From Promethearchaeota archaeon (GTDB lineage Archaea > Asgardarchaeota > Lokiarchaeia > Sigyniarchaeales > SOKP01), in the NCBI GenBank assembly GCA_011364925.1, contig RDOA01000012.1, positions 18,254 to 82,253 of the forward strand: a stretch of 64,000 bases of DNA. Reading direction: 5' to 3'. Shown piece by piece: positions 1-8,103 of this stretch. Both the position numbers and the translations under genes were made by a program. The stretch's first letter is position 1; each line of letters begins with the position of its first letter. The notes under the pieces were generated by a model that was given only the letters and a program-made list of their open reading frames with translations, was not told where the DNA came from and made no database searches.

Positions 1-295
1 TATTATATCCAAGTAATATAAGGAAGTAATATGCATGTAATATTAGGAAAACATGCGACAAACATCCTATTCAAATTTTCTTTGGTTTCATGATAATTTT
101 TAAAAAGAAAAAATTTCAACACCTTTATTGTTAAAATTTTTAAAACTAAATATTCTAAAAATTTAGAGAAATAAGGAACTAATTACTCTTTTTATTCAAC
201 TTAGTTAAGTGTCCGTAAGTATAAAAATATAAAAAGCCGAGTGCAAAAATTTAAAAGACTGAAGACTATGTTATATATGCTCGGGGTTAACAATT

Positions 296-535
296 ATGGA
301 AATTGAAATGAATAACAACGCAACTGAAACTTCTTTCAATGATTCAGAAAGGGAGGATTTAATCAAAGTCAGAGCTATAATTAGTTGCCCTTCTGGAGAT
401 TATAAGAAAAAGTTTAGAAATGAATTTCCTAGAAAAGATCTGGAGCTCATGGTCGTTGCTTTCAAAATCTTTGATTTTATGACTTGTTCTAAATGTGGTG
501 AACTCTTAAATCTTAACCTCGAATTTGAAATCTGA
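296..535 (+). CDS. small hypothetical protein, possible Zn ribbon
   Basis: 79 aa ORF with CPSG and CSKC motifs. Confidence 0.6.
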   Translation: MEIEMNNNATETSFNDSEREDLIKVRAIISCPSGDYKKKFRNEFPRKDLELMVVAFKIFDFMTCSKCGELLNLNLEFEI

Positions 536-606
536 TTTGTTTAATTAAGAGTTGGGTTAAATCTATATAAAAGTGAACATAACTCTTGTCCCAATCCTTA
601 GAATAA

Positions 607-1917
607 CTAAATACTAAGTTTAATCTGCCCATAGGTTCCACCTCCCCCGGGAGTGTATTCTATTTTATCTTGCCTTATTGCTTCTATAACAAATCCAACT
701 CTTTCGTCGTATTTTTTGATATCTTCAATTGGAACGTTTAATATAATATCAAATTCTGTTCCTAGTTTTTCAATTATATTATTATATGCGTTCATCACGG
801 TTGTACTTGAAGCACTTTTAATATTTTTAACAGAACGAATGATATCTATTAATGGTACAGCGTTTATATAAGACGGTCGATGTTCGGGGTGAATAGGCAC
901 TCTTGATGTAGAAATCACTTCAATTCTCTCACTTACTCCTAATTTAATCTTAACATTTTTTGTAAATTTTTCCTTGCAAGCAGGACAGGTCATTCTTTCT
1001 TTAGCGACATTTTCGATATATTCTTGTTTAGATTTAATAGGATCGTTTGTAATGATTTTAATAAACTCGTCTGATATTGCGTATTGATTAAAAAGAGAAT
1101 TGCCTTGTTTTGCAGTCTTTTTGAATAATATTCTTCTTCTACATTTATTGCAGAACATATTGTAATATTTTCCTAACTTAGGGTGAAGTCCTACATTTAA
1201 ATTAACTTTACGTCTACTTTTTCCCTCAATCGCTAAAACTACCTCTTCAAAAGAGGGATTTTCCATAGTAAGTCTGTTAAATTCTCTACCTAAGGATCTA
1301 GGACTTTCAGAATGAGCATCACTATTACTTAAGAATGTGATATGTTTAAGACAATCTAACCTATCTGCTAAATCTGTATTAGCGGATAATCCTAACTCTA
1401 AAAAGCTCACTTTTTTTGTAGCATCTTGATAACATTCTTCAAGTGTTTTGAATTTATTTTGACGAAATATAGCTTTAAATGGTGTAAAAGCGTGTGCGGG
1501 TCCAATAATCGCTCCATAATCGGTGATTATATCCACAAGCTCGGCCGGACTTAAGTTTACTCTTGGACGACCTCCCCATTCATCCAAGATATTTTTTGAA
1601 TAAGAACTAATCTTTTTTTGAACATCTCTTACCGAAGAAAAATTGGGAAAGAAAACTACTTGATGAACGCTTTCTTGGTCTTCAATTTCAGTTTGTAAGA
1701 TGAAATATACACCTTTATACGAAAGTGATCCGTCATTTTCCTTTATCAAGTTTTTTTCTAAATATTTTAACCAATTTGGTTGTAATACATCTCCGGTTCC
1801 AAGGATATCAAGTCCTTTTTTCTTACATGTTTCAACCATTGTATCTAAATTTAAATTTTTTGATACTGCTATTGAATGAGGAGAATGGATATGTAAATCA
1901 GAATTGAAAGACTCCAT
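607..1917 (-). CDS. endonuclease Q family / PHP-domain protein with Zn ribbon (TIGR00375-like)
   Basis: DLHIHS, GTGD, PAHAFTP, ELGLSA, NSDAHS, LGREFN, CxxC...CPAC, PGGGGTYG motifs. Confidence 0.85.
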   Translation of the reverse strand: MESFNSDLHIHSPHSIAVSKNLNLDTMVETCKKKGLDILGTGDVLQPNWLKYLEKNLIKENDGSLSYKGVYFILQTEIEDQESVHQVVFFPNFSSVRDVQKKISSYSKNILDEWGGRPRVNLSPAELVDIITDYGAIIGPAHAFTPFKAIFRQNKFKTLEECYQDATKKVSFLELGLSANTDLADRLDCLKHITFLSNSDAHSESPRSLGREFNRLTMENPSFEEVVLAIEGKSRRKVNLNVGLHPKLGKYYNMFCNKCRRRILFKKTAKQGNSLFNQYAISDEFIKIITNDPIKSKQEYIENVAKERMTCPACKEKFTKNVKIKLGVSERIEVISTSRVPIHPEHRPSYINAVPLIDIIRSVKNIKSASSTTVMNAYNNIIEKLGTEFDIILNVPIEDIKKYDERVGFVIEAIRQDKIEYTPGGGGTYGQIKLSI

Positions 1918-1941
1918 CAGTTCATCAAAAAATTCAATCCA

Positions 1942-3015
1942 TTAAATACCATTTGCTTTTAATTTAGACCCTAGCTCAATCCATTCTTTAGCTTTGTCAA
2001 TATTTCCTAACTTCTCATGGCAACGCGCCGCTGATTCCCAAAAATCTACTTCTGAAGGGTCGAGAGAAACAACTTTATCGAAGTGAATCAATGCTTTTTT
2101 ATAATTATTTTTTACATCGCAATATATCTTCCCTAATTTCTTAAGAGCATTTATATTATCTGGATCCATTTTCAGAGTATTTTGATAATAAAAAATAGCC
2201 TTATCGTAATCATGTAACGCGTTATAACTGAATGCTAAATTTTCGTATAGCACCGGATCTTCCTCTTGGAGTTTTAAGGCTTCCTTATAACAGTTTATTG
2301 ATTTTTCATAGTCTTCTTTAAAGGTATAAGAAAGACCAAGATTATTCCAAGCTTCAATGAAGGTAGGGTCGATTTCTGTCGCTTTTTTATACGAATCAAT
2401 AGCTAAATCGTAGTTGTTTGTCTCATACGCAACGTCTCCTAAATCAAACCACAATTCAGCATTATTAGGGTCAAGATCGATGGCTTTTTTATAATACTTT
2501 ATTGCTTCATCATAGTTCTGAGTATCGTAATATATTATGGCAAGATTGTTATGGAGAAGAAGCTCATCCGGATTAATCTTTAAAGCTTTTTTATAGCAAT
2601 TTATAGCTTCTTCATACTGTTCCTTGTCTCTGTAGATTAAAGCAATATTATTCCAAACATCTGTATAGCTTGGTTCGTATTCTAAGGCGATTTTGTAATA
2701 TTTTAATGCATTATCATGATCTTCTAAATCTTCGTATGCAAATCCCATGTTATAGTAAGCAACTGCATCATCAGGGTCTATTTCAATTGCTTTTTGATAG
2801 CATTTTATTGCTTCTTCATATTGGCGTAGCATGCTAAATGAGAGTCCAAGATTATTCCACACTTCTGAAAAATAGGGGTTGATTTCTATAGCCCTTTCAT
2901 AAGCTTCTATTGCTTCCTCAAATGCGTTTTCATCGTAATACGCATCTGCTAAATTGATCCACGCATCAACATCATTAGGATCTAATTCTGCTGACTTTTT
3001 GTATCTCTCAATCAT
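1942..3015 (-). CDS. tetratricopeptide repeat protein
   Basis: about ten 34-aa repeats (WNNLG...YEEAIKCYQKAIEIDP). Confidence 0.95.
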   Translation of the reverse strand: MIERYKKSAELDPNDVDAWINLADAYYDENAFEEAIEAYERAIEINPYFSEVWNNLGLSFSMLRQYEEAIKCYQKAIEIDPDDAVAYYNMGFAYEDLEDHDNALKYYKIALEYEPSYTDVWNNIALIYRDKEQYEEAINCYKKALKINPDELLLHNNLAIIYYDTQNYDEAIKYYKKAIDLDPNNAELWFDLGDVAYETNNYDLAIDSYKKATEIDPTFIEAWNNLGLSYTFKEDYEKSINCYKEALKLQEEDPVLYENLAFSYNALHDYDKAIFYYQNTLKMDPDNINALKKLGKIYCDVKNNYKKALIHFDKVVSLDPSEVDFWESAARCHEKLGNIDKAKEWIELGSKLKANGI

Positions 3016-3086
3016 TTTAAAATCAGATAATCTATAGAAAAATAAAGTTTGATTACTATTATTTTTTTTGGATTTTTAAAATATTT

Positions 3087-4133
3087 TTAATTACTAGCAA
3101 TAACTATCATTTTATCATGAATTTGGTCTGTCAACAATATTCTCAGATGGGGTTCATCAGTTTTAAATCTTACTTCTTCTAACTTACCCTCAACGAGTAC
3201 AGACTCGCCTTCAATTGCCTGTTCACAAAACCTTCCTCGAAAAGAGCTAACTTCACTTATGTTATCTAATTTGATACTTTTTCCAATAATTTTGCTTTCT
3301 AGCACTTTTACACAGCTAATTTCATATGAACAGGGAGTAAAGATTGAATTGGTTGAATCTATTAGATTTGCTTTTACTTTAATCCTTCCTAGATTTTTGA
3401 ATTGATAATCGTAGTATGTTCCCTTCCAGTCATTAGGATCTTTTATATACCTGATAAAGAAATCGATTCCATGGTATTTTCCTTGATGTAACTTCCTTTT
3501 TTCACTCTTTAAAAAACTCTCGAAACTAATGTTAGAACCTCCTACCCTCCATTTATAGTGGTCTTTATATTCAGATAAGTTGTAGGATCTACAATCGTTT
3601 GGAGTGAGAAGAATTTGTTTTAACTTATCTTGAAACTCTAAAATATTATGAGTTCCATATATCATTATATCTATATCAGAATCAGCCAAACCCAATCCAA
3701 TCATTGGTGATCCAGAAATTCCAATTGCATCTTCTGGTATTGATCCGTCTGTAATTAATAATTTACAAAGATTTCTGGAATGAAGCTCCAGTTTTGTTAA
3801 TTCTTTTTTCAAATTAAGCAATTTATAATATTCTTTGGGAGTGTATATTTTCTCTATATCTCCATTTTTTACGCCCTGAACTCTTAAATCAAGTTCCTTT
3901 GAAAAAAAAATAAATTGAGGGTATTTTTCTTCGAGTTTCAAATATCTTTCGTCCAATGAATAGATTTTTCTATATTTTCTGCCTTCCTTTATTCGTTCAC
4001 CATTCTGATCGGGAACAAACCTTAAAAAACAAATTTTGCGATCTCGAGGATGGTGATAACCTTTTATATCAAAAAACAAATGGTCATCTTTGGTTTCGAG
4101 GTAATCCCCTTCAATTCCTTTTGGAATGTTCAT
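3087..4133 (-). CDS. predicted nucleotidyltransferase-domain protein (archaeal COG1665-like)
   Basis: GISGS...SDIDIMIYG pol-beta-type NTase motif; N-terminal KGYHHP...LRFVP; C-terminal OB-like region. Confidence 0.7.
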   Translation of the reverse strand: MNIPKGIEGDYLETKDDHLFFDIKGYHHPRDRKICFLRFVPDQNGERIKEGRKYRKIYSLDERYLKLEEKYPQFIFFSKELDLRVQGVKNGDIEKIYTPKEYYKLLNLKKELTKLELHSRNLCKLLITDGSIPEDAIGISGSPMIGLGLADSDIDIMIYGTHNILEFQDKLKQILLTPNDCRSYNLSEYKDHYKWRVGGSNISFESFLKSEKRKLHQGKYHGIDFFIRYIKDPNDWKGTYYDYQFKNLGRIKVKANLIDSTNSIFTPCSYEISCVKVLESKIIGKSIKLDNISEVSSFRGRFCEQAIEGESVLVEGKLEEVRFKTDEPHLRILLTDQIHDKMIVIASN

Positions 4134-4153
4134 AAGTCTTTTAAATTTAGTAA

Positions 4154-5257
4154 TTAATATTTTGAAGGTGTCTTCGATTTTATTTGATACTTGGGAATTT
4201 CTTTTATTTTTTGTAATTCTCTTTCAAACTCTTTTTTCTCTTTAAGAAATCTCTCCTTATCACTATCTAACTTTTGCCTTTCTTTTCTTATTGAAATCTT
4301 CTCATCTTCTATTTTTGATTTTTCTTTTTCTATATTTTTTATGTCATCGTTTAATTTTTTCAATTTCTTTTCTGAATTCTGAATTTTATGTTCTAATGAA
4401 TAATAAGCGTCTTCTGCTTGAGGCACCTTTCTGTCTAATTCTTTCAGTCGAGCTTCTTGCCCTTTTTTCTTACGTTCTAGTTCTCTAACATCATTATCAA
4501 CATTTTCTTTAAATTTTCCTAGTTTTTCTTTCTTTTTCTCAATATCGCGGGCTTTAAGGTTCAAATTTTGTTTCTTGTATCGAACTTTTTCTTTTTCATC
4601 TTTTAACCTTCTTTTTTCATCTTCAATTCGATTTTTTTCATCTGTGATTTCTCTTTTCAAATTATTAATTTCTTTGTTTAAATTATCCCGTTCTCTTGTT
4701 AAGTTTTTAACTTCGTTTCTTAAGTCCATTAAATTGTTTTCTAACTTTTCAATTGTTCTTTCTAATGCGTCTTCTCTCCGTTCCATTCCAGGTAATTTCG
4801 TTTTTATTTCTTTAATTCTTTCTTTTGCTTTTGCTTTTTCTTTTTCTATATTTCTCTTTTCGTTCTCTAGTTCTTCCCTAATGCCATCTAACTTCTCTTG
4901 ATATCGCTCTAAATCAGCAGTTTTCTGATCTAGCTCTCTCTCTTTCGCATGTAGTTCGTTTTTACTACTGTTTATTTCGTTTCTCATTCTATCTAATTCC
5001 AATTTTAAGTCCTCGTATTGCTTTTGAAGTTCTCTGACTTCAAGTTCTTTTTGTTTTCTTTTTTTTTCTAATTCTTCAATATTTTCGTTATATCCGTCAA
5101 TTTTATTGATTACTCGCTCCCATTCATTCTTCTCCTTATTCAATTTAATTCTTTCTTCTTTAATTTTTTTAAGAAGCTTCCCATCAACGCTTTTATCTAA
5201 CTCTTCCTCAGGAGTTTTTTCTCGGATTTGATACTTTGGAATTGGTTTTTCCTTCAT
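4154..5257 (-). CDS. long coiled-coil protein with IPKYQIxxKTP motif at both termini
   Basis: K/E-rich heptads throughout; N-terminal KPIPKYQIREKTP and C-terminal KEIPKYQIKSKTPSKY. Confidence 0.8.
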   Translation of the reverse strand: MKEKPIPKYQIREKTPEEELDKSVDGKLLKKIKEERIKLNKEKNEWERVINKIDGYNENIEELEKKRKQKELEVRELQKQYEDLKLELDRMRNEINSSKNELHAKERELDQKTADLERYQEKLDGIREELENEKRNIEKEKAKAKERIKEIKTKLPGMERREDALERTIEKLENNLMDLRNEVKNLTRERDNLNKEINNLKREITDEKNRIEDEKRRLKDEKEKVRYKKQNLNLKARDIEKKKEKLGKFKENVDNDVRELERKKKGQEARLKELDRKVPQAEDAYYSLEHKIQNSEKKLKKLNDDIKNIEKEKSKIEDEKISIRKERQKLDSDKERFLKEKKEFERELQKIKEIPKYQIKSKTPSKY

Positions 5258-5437
5258 GCCATTTCTTTAACTCATATTACCTAATATTATTAATATATTG
5301 ATTCGAATTCTAAAGTGTTTGTAATTTCTTTTAAAGAGGATTTTTGATTTAGTCAATTTTATTTAAATAGCTTAATTTCCATTATTTTCTTAAATATAAT
5401 TTAAATGTACTTAATCTAAATTCATGGTGTTAATCTA

Positions 5438-5839
5438 ATGGATTTTGACGAGGAATTTGATAAGGAGTTCGACGAAGAATTGGAGGAGGATTTTGACGAA
5501 AACTTAGATGAAGATTTTGACGAACCTACTTCAAAAACTCCTCCTGACGATGTTAAAGTTAAGACTCCAGAACCTCATCTCCCTCCTGAAGGAAAAAAGA
5601 TATCTGTATTTTTTCTTTCTACTATTGGTCCGGGAGAAAAAAAACAAAAATTACTAGTATATACTGGTAATAAAGTTGGAGACATTAAAGATACTGTGGC
5701 AAATTTGTTTGCGCTAGATCCATCCGATTTCCATTTGTCTTCAGGAGGAGTGACAATGGATGAGACATCTTACCTAAGCGATTATAATGTAGATGAAGGA
5801 GATGACATATTATTAATTCCTGCTAGCGTAGCAGGTTGA
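5438..5839 (+). CDS. ubiquitin-like protein with acidic N-terminal extension, ending in an exposed Gly (Ubl-A)
   Basis: beta-grasp pattern (VGDIKDTV...GVTMDETSYLSDYNVDEGDDILLI) ending PASVAG-stop; about 70% identical to the 7692..8024 domain. Confidence 0.85.
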   Translation: MDFDEEFDKEFDEELEEDFDENLDEDFDEPTSKTPPDDVKVKTPEPHLPPEGKKISVFFLSTIGPGEKKQKLLVYTGNKVGDIKDTVANLFALDPSDFHLSSGGVTMDETSYLSDYNVDEGDDILLIPASVAG

Positions 5840-5880
5840 GAACTAAGAAAGATATAAAAATCTTAAATTATTTTTTCATT

Positions 5881-6669
5881 CTATTTTTTTCTCGATGGTA
5901 TTAACGCGATCTCGTCATCGTCGTCAATAGAATAATCCCTTATCTGCTTTGATTCGTCTAACAATATCCCACCGGTGGATAGGAGAAAATCTTCTAAAGC
6001 ATAATCAAATAGAATTCCGACTTGTTCCTTGAGGATATTTACTAATTCTGAAGTTTCAATAACGATTATTTTGGTTTTCTCGCCAGGTTCGACTAATGAT
6101 CTTACATAAACGCGAATCTTATCATCCATTCCAATAGTGGTCAGTGGTGGGTTGTACTGCACTTTTTCATTAGTTCTTTCCTTATATTGCAAGATATCTT
6201 TAATTAACCGTTTTCTTTCGCTAGGTTCAAAATATAGCATTTCTCTGATAAAAAAGATTTTATCCATCTTTGATAACCCTAGCAAATCAATTTTGTCTAA
6301 TTCTTCTCTATTGAACAATGTAAAAATGTAATCGTCGAAGGTCTCAATTTTTTCAAAAGTTTCATCGCTATCTGCATATTGATCTACTAATGGCATAGCT
6401 TCGAAGTAATCTTCGATTAGTTCGCTTGTAGTTCTATGTATTGGATTTAACTTTTTAGCGTATTTATCTTTTTTTATCTTTTTAGCGGGACTACCCGTAG
6501 AAGATACAACGGTATAGATCGTGCCCGTTGACAATACCGCAACGCTCCCAACAGTTAGAAAGAGGAATAGAGGTAAACTTTCTATCTGCATTAAGAAAAA
6601 AATCAAATAGAGTATTGCAAAAACAATGTAAAGAGTTAAAATACTTAGAATTCTAAATTTTTTTTTCAT
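5881..6669 (-). CDS. membrane-anchored protein with C-terminal ubiquitin-like domain lacking terminal Gly
   Basis: two N-terminal hydrophobic helices; C-terminal PGEK...LSTGGILLDESKQIRDYSIDDDDEIALIPSRKK aligns to the two Ubls. Confidence 0.8.
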   Translation of the reverse strand: MKKKFRILSILTLYIVFAILYLIFFLMQIESLPLFLFLTVGSVAVLSTGTIYTVVSSTGSPAKKIKKDKYAKKLNPIHRTTSELIEDYFEAMPLVDQYADSDETFEKIETFDDYIFTLFNREELDKIDLLGLSKMDKIFFIREMLYFEPSERKRLIKDILQYKERTNEKVQYNPPLTTIGMDDKIRVYVRSLVEPGEKTKIIVIETSELVNILKEQVGILFDYALEDFLLSTGGILLDESKQIRDYSIDDDDEIALIPSRKK

Positions 6670-6747
6670 GGTTTTTTGGCGAATCTATTCTCTAAATTTA
6701 TGATTTAAATGGTATCTAATAAATCGCATTGGTATAACTTTGTAATT

Positions 6748-7422
6748 TTATATATCATAAGGAACTGATTTTCTAATATTCTCATATCTCTTGGAGTCTA
6801 ATTTATATAAATCTCTTTTTTTATCTTTTTCAATTGATATTAATTTTAAATTCATTAAAATTTCAAGATATTTTTTAATTGTATTGTAATTACCTTTTAG
6901 GATAGAAGCTATTTCAGTAATTTTCAAAGAATTATCTTCACTCTTTAATAGATTTATAATCTCACGAACGATTTCTTGCTTTAAATAATAATATATCTCG
7001 TCTAAATCTGGATCTGAATCGTAATCAAAAATAATTCTTTGATTCTCTATTTTCTTCGACCGTGTAAATCTGAACTTTTCTAAACATGATAAATGCCATA
7101 ACGCTTGATTACTTCCAATATTTATTGCTTTCATTATTTCATTTACATTGGATGGAGTCTTTCGGATATAATTATAAATTTCATTTCGGATTGGATGTTC
7201 AATAATGTTATTTTTCATTAATCTAGTTCCAGGGATTAGAATTCTTTTTTTAATAAGGTTTTTAATAAAGATTTCGATACTATTTCTGTTCAATTCAGGA
7301 TTAGCTCTTACCCTATTATTGATGAACACCACGATATCTTCGACAGAAAAGAACGGTTTCTTTTTTAAATATTCCTCTATTAGACCACAGACAATAGATT
7401 GAAGGCTATCAGGCTTGCTCAT
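6748..7422 (-). CDS. winged helix-turn-helix transcriptional regulator (tandem wHTH, ArsR-like)
   Basis: IRNEIYNYI...WHLSCLEK and ITEIASIL..NYNTIKKYLEIL HTH motifs; divergent from the Ubl-E1-E2 operon. Confidence 0.75.
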   Translation of the reverse strand: MSKPDSLQSIVCGLIEEYLKKKPFFSVEDIVVFINNRVRANPELNRNSIEIFIKNLIKKRILIPGTRLMKNNIIEHPIRNEIYNYIRKTPSNVNEIMKAINIGSNQALWHLSCLEKFRFTRSKKIENQRIIFDYDSDPDLDEIYYYLKQEIVREIINLLKSEDNSLKITEIASILKGNYNTIKKYLEILMNLKLISIEKDKKRDLYKLDSKRYENIRKSVPYDI

Positions 7423-7691
7423 AAGCTTATTGTTTTAATGTGTTGAATTATACGATTTTTATAATCAAATCTTCTCTCTAAAAGGATATTTTTCAATTTA
7501 TATATATTGATAAACAATCATTTAATTTATAAGTATATTAAACTAGGCATTTTAATCTTAATGAATACATTTTTTACATATAACTTAAAAATCTTCAAAA
7601 TCATTCCAATCGGTTTTTTAACTCAATATTTTCACCATTAATATAAGTCTAAAAAAAAACTTAAACTAAAAAAACCAAGGAAGCGATTTGA

Positions 7692-8024
7692 ATGAGTTTT
7701 GAAGAAGATTTTGATGAGGAATTAGAACCAGTTAAATCTAAAACCCCATCAAGTAAAACACCCTCAACAGGTAAGAAGTTGACTTTATATTTTATGTCAA
7801 CTATTGGTCCTGGTGAAAAGAAGGAGAAGTTAACTGTCAATGATGCAAATCGGGTAAGTGATATTAAACAGACATTAGGAAATCTATTCGGTCTTGATCC
7901 AGATGAATTTCACTTATCATCTGGAGGTGTTACAATGGATGAGAATAGTCAATTAAAAGATTATAATGTCAATGACGGCGACGACATTCTTTTGATTCCA
8001 GCAAGTACTGCGGGATTAAATTAA
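7692..8024 (+). CDS. ubiquitin-like protein precursor with acidic N-terminal tail (Ubl-B)
   Basis: beta-grasp pattern ending IPASTAG-LN; first gene of the Ubl-E1-E2-JAB-RING run. Confidence 0.88.
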   Translation: MSFEEDFDEELEPVKSKTPSSKTPSTGKKLTLYFMSTIGPGEKKEKLTVNDANRVSDIKQTLGNLFGLDPDEFHLSSGGVTMDENSQLKDYNVNDGDDILLIPASTAGLN

Positions 8025-8057
8025 ATTTATATATCATTCTTTTCATAAAATTAATAA

Positions 8058-8092
8058 AAGGGCTTTAAGCCCTTCAATTTTTTTATTTTTTT
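8058..8092 (+). terminator. hairpin plus T-tract between Ubl-B and E1
   Basis: AAGGGCT-tta-AGCCCTT stem followed by two T7 runs. Confidence 0.5.
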
Positions 8093-8103
8093 GAACAATA
8101 TTA

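Noticed and set aside
1-95. Gene start running off the left edge on the minus strand
   Set aside because: Both ATG-initiated frames hit stops within the window; no product can be supported
1942-3015. Periodic DNA similarity suggesting a repeat array or CRISPR
   Set aside because: Explained by 34-aa TPR coding repeats; no identical repeats with spacers
4154-5257. SMC/Rad50 or ESCRT-III assignment for the coiled-coil protein
   Set aside because: No Walker motifs, hinge or Zn hook, and no recognisable Snf7 pattern
5837-5857. TGA after Ubl-A Gly as selenocysteine or readthrough giving a propeptide
   Set aside because: No SECIS-like element identified; a stop directly after Gly gives a sensible mature Ubl
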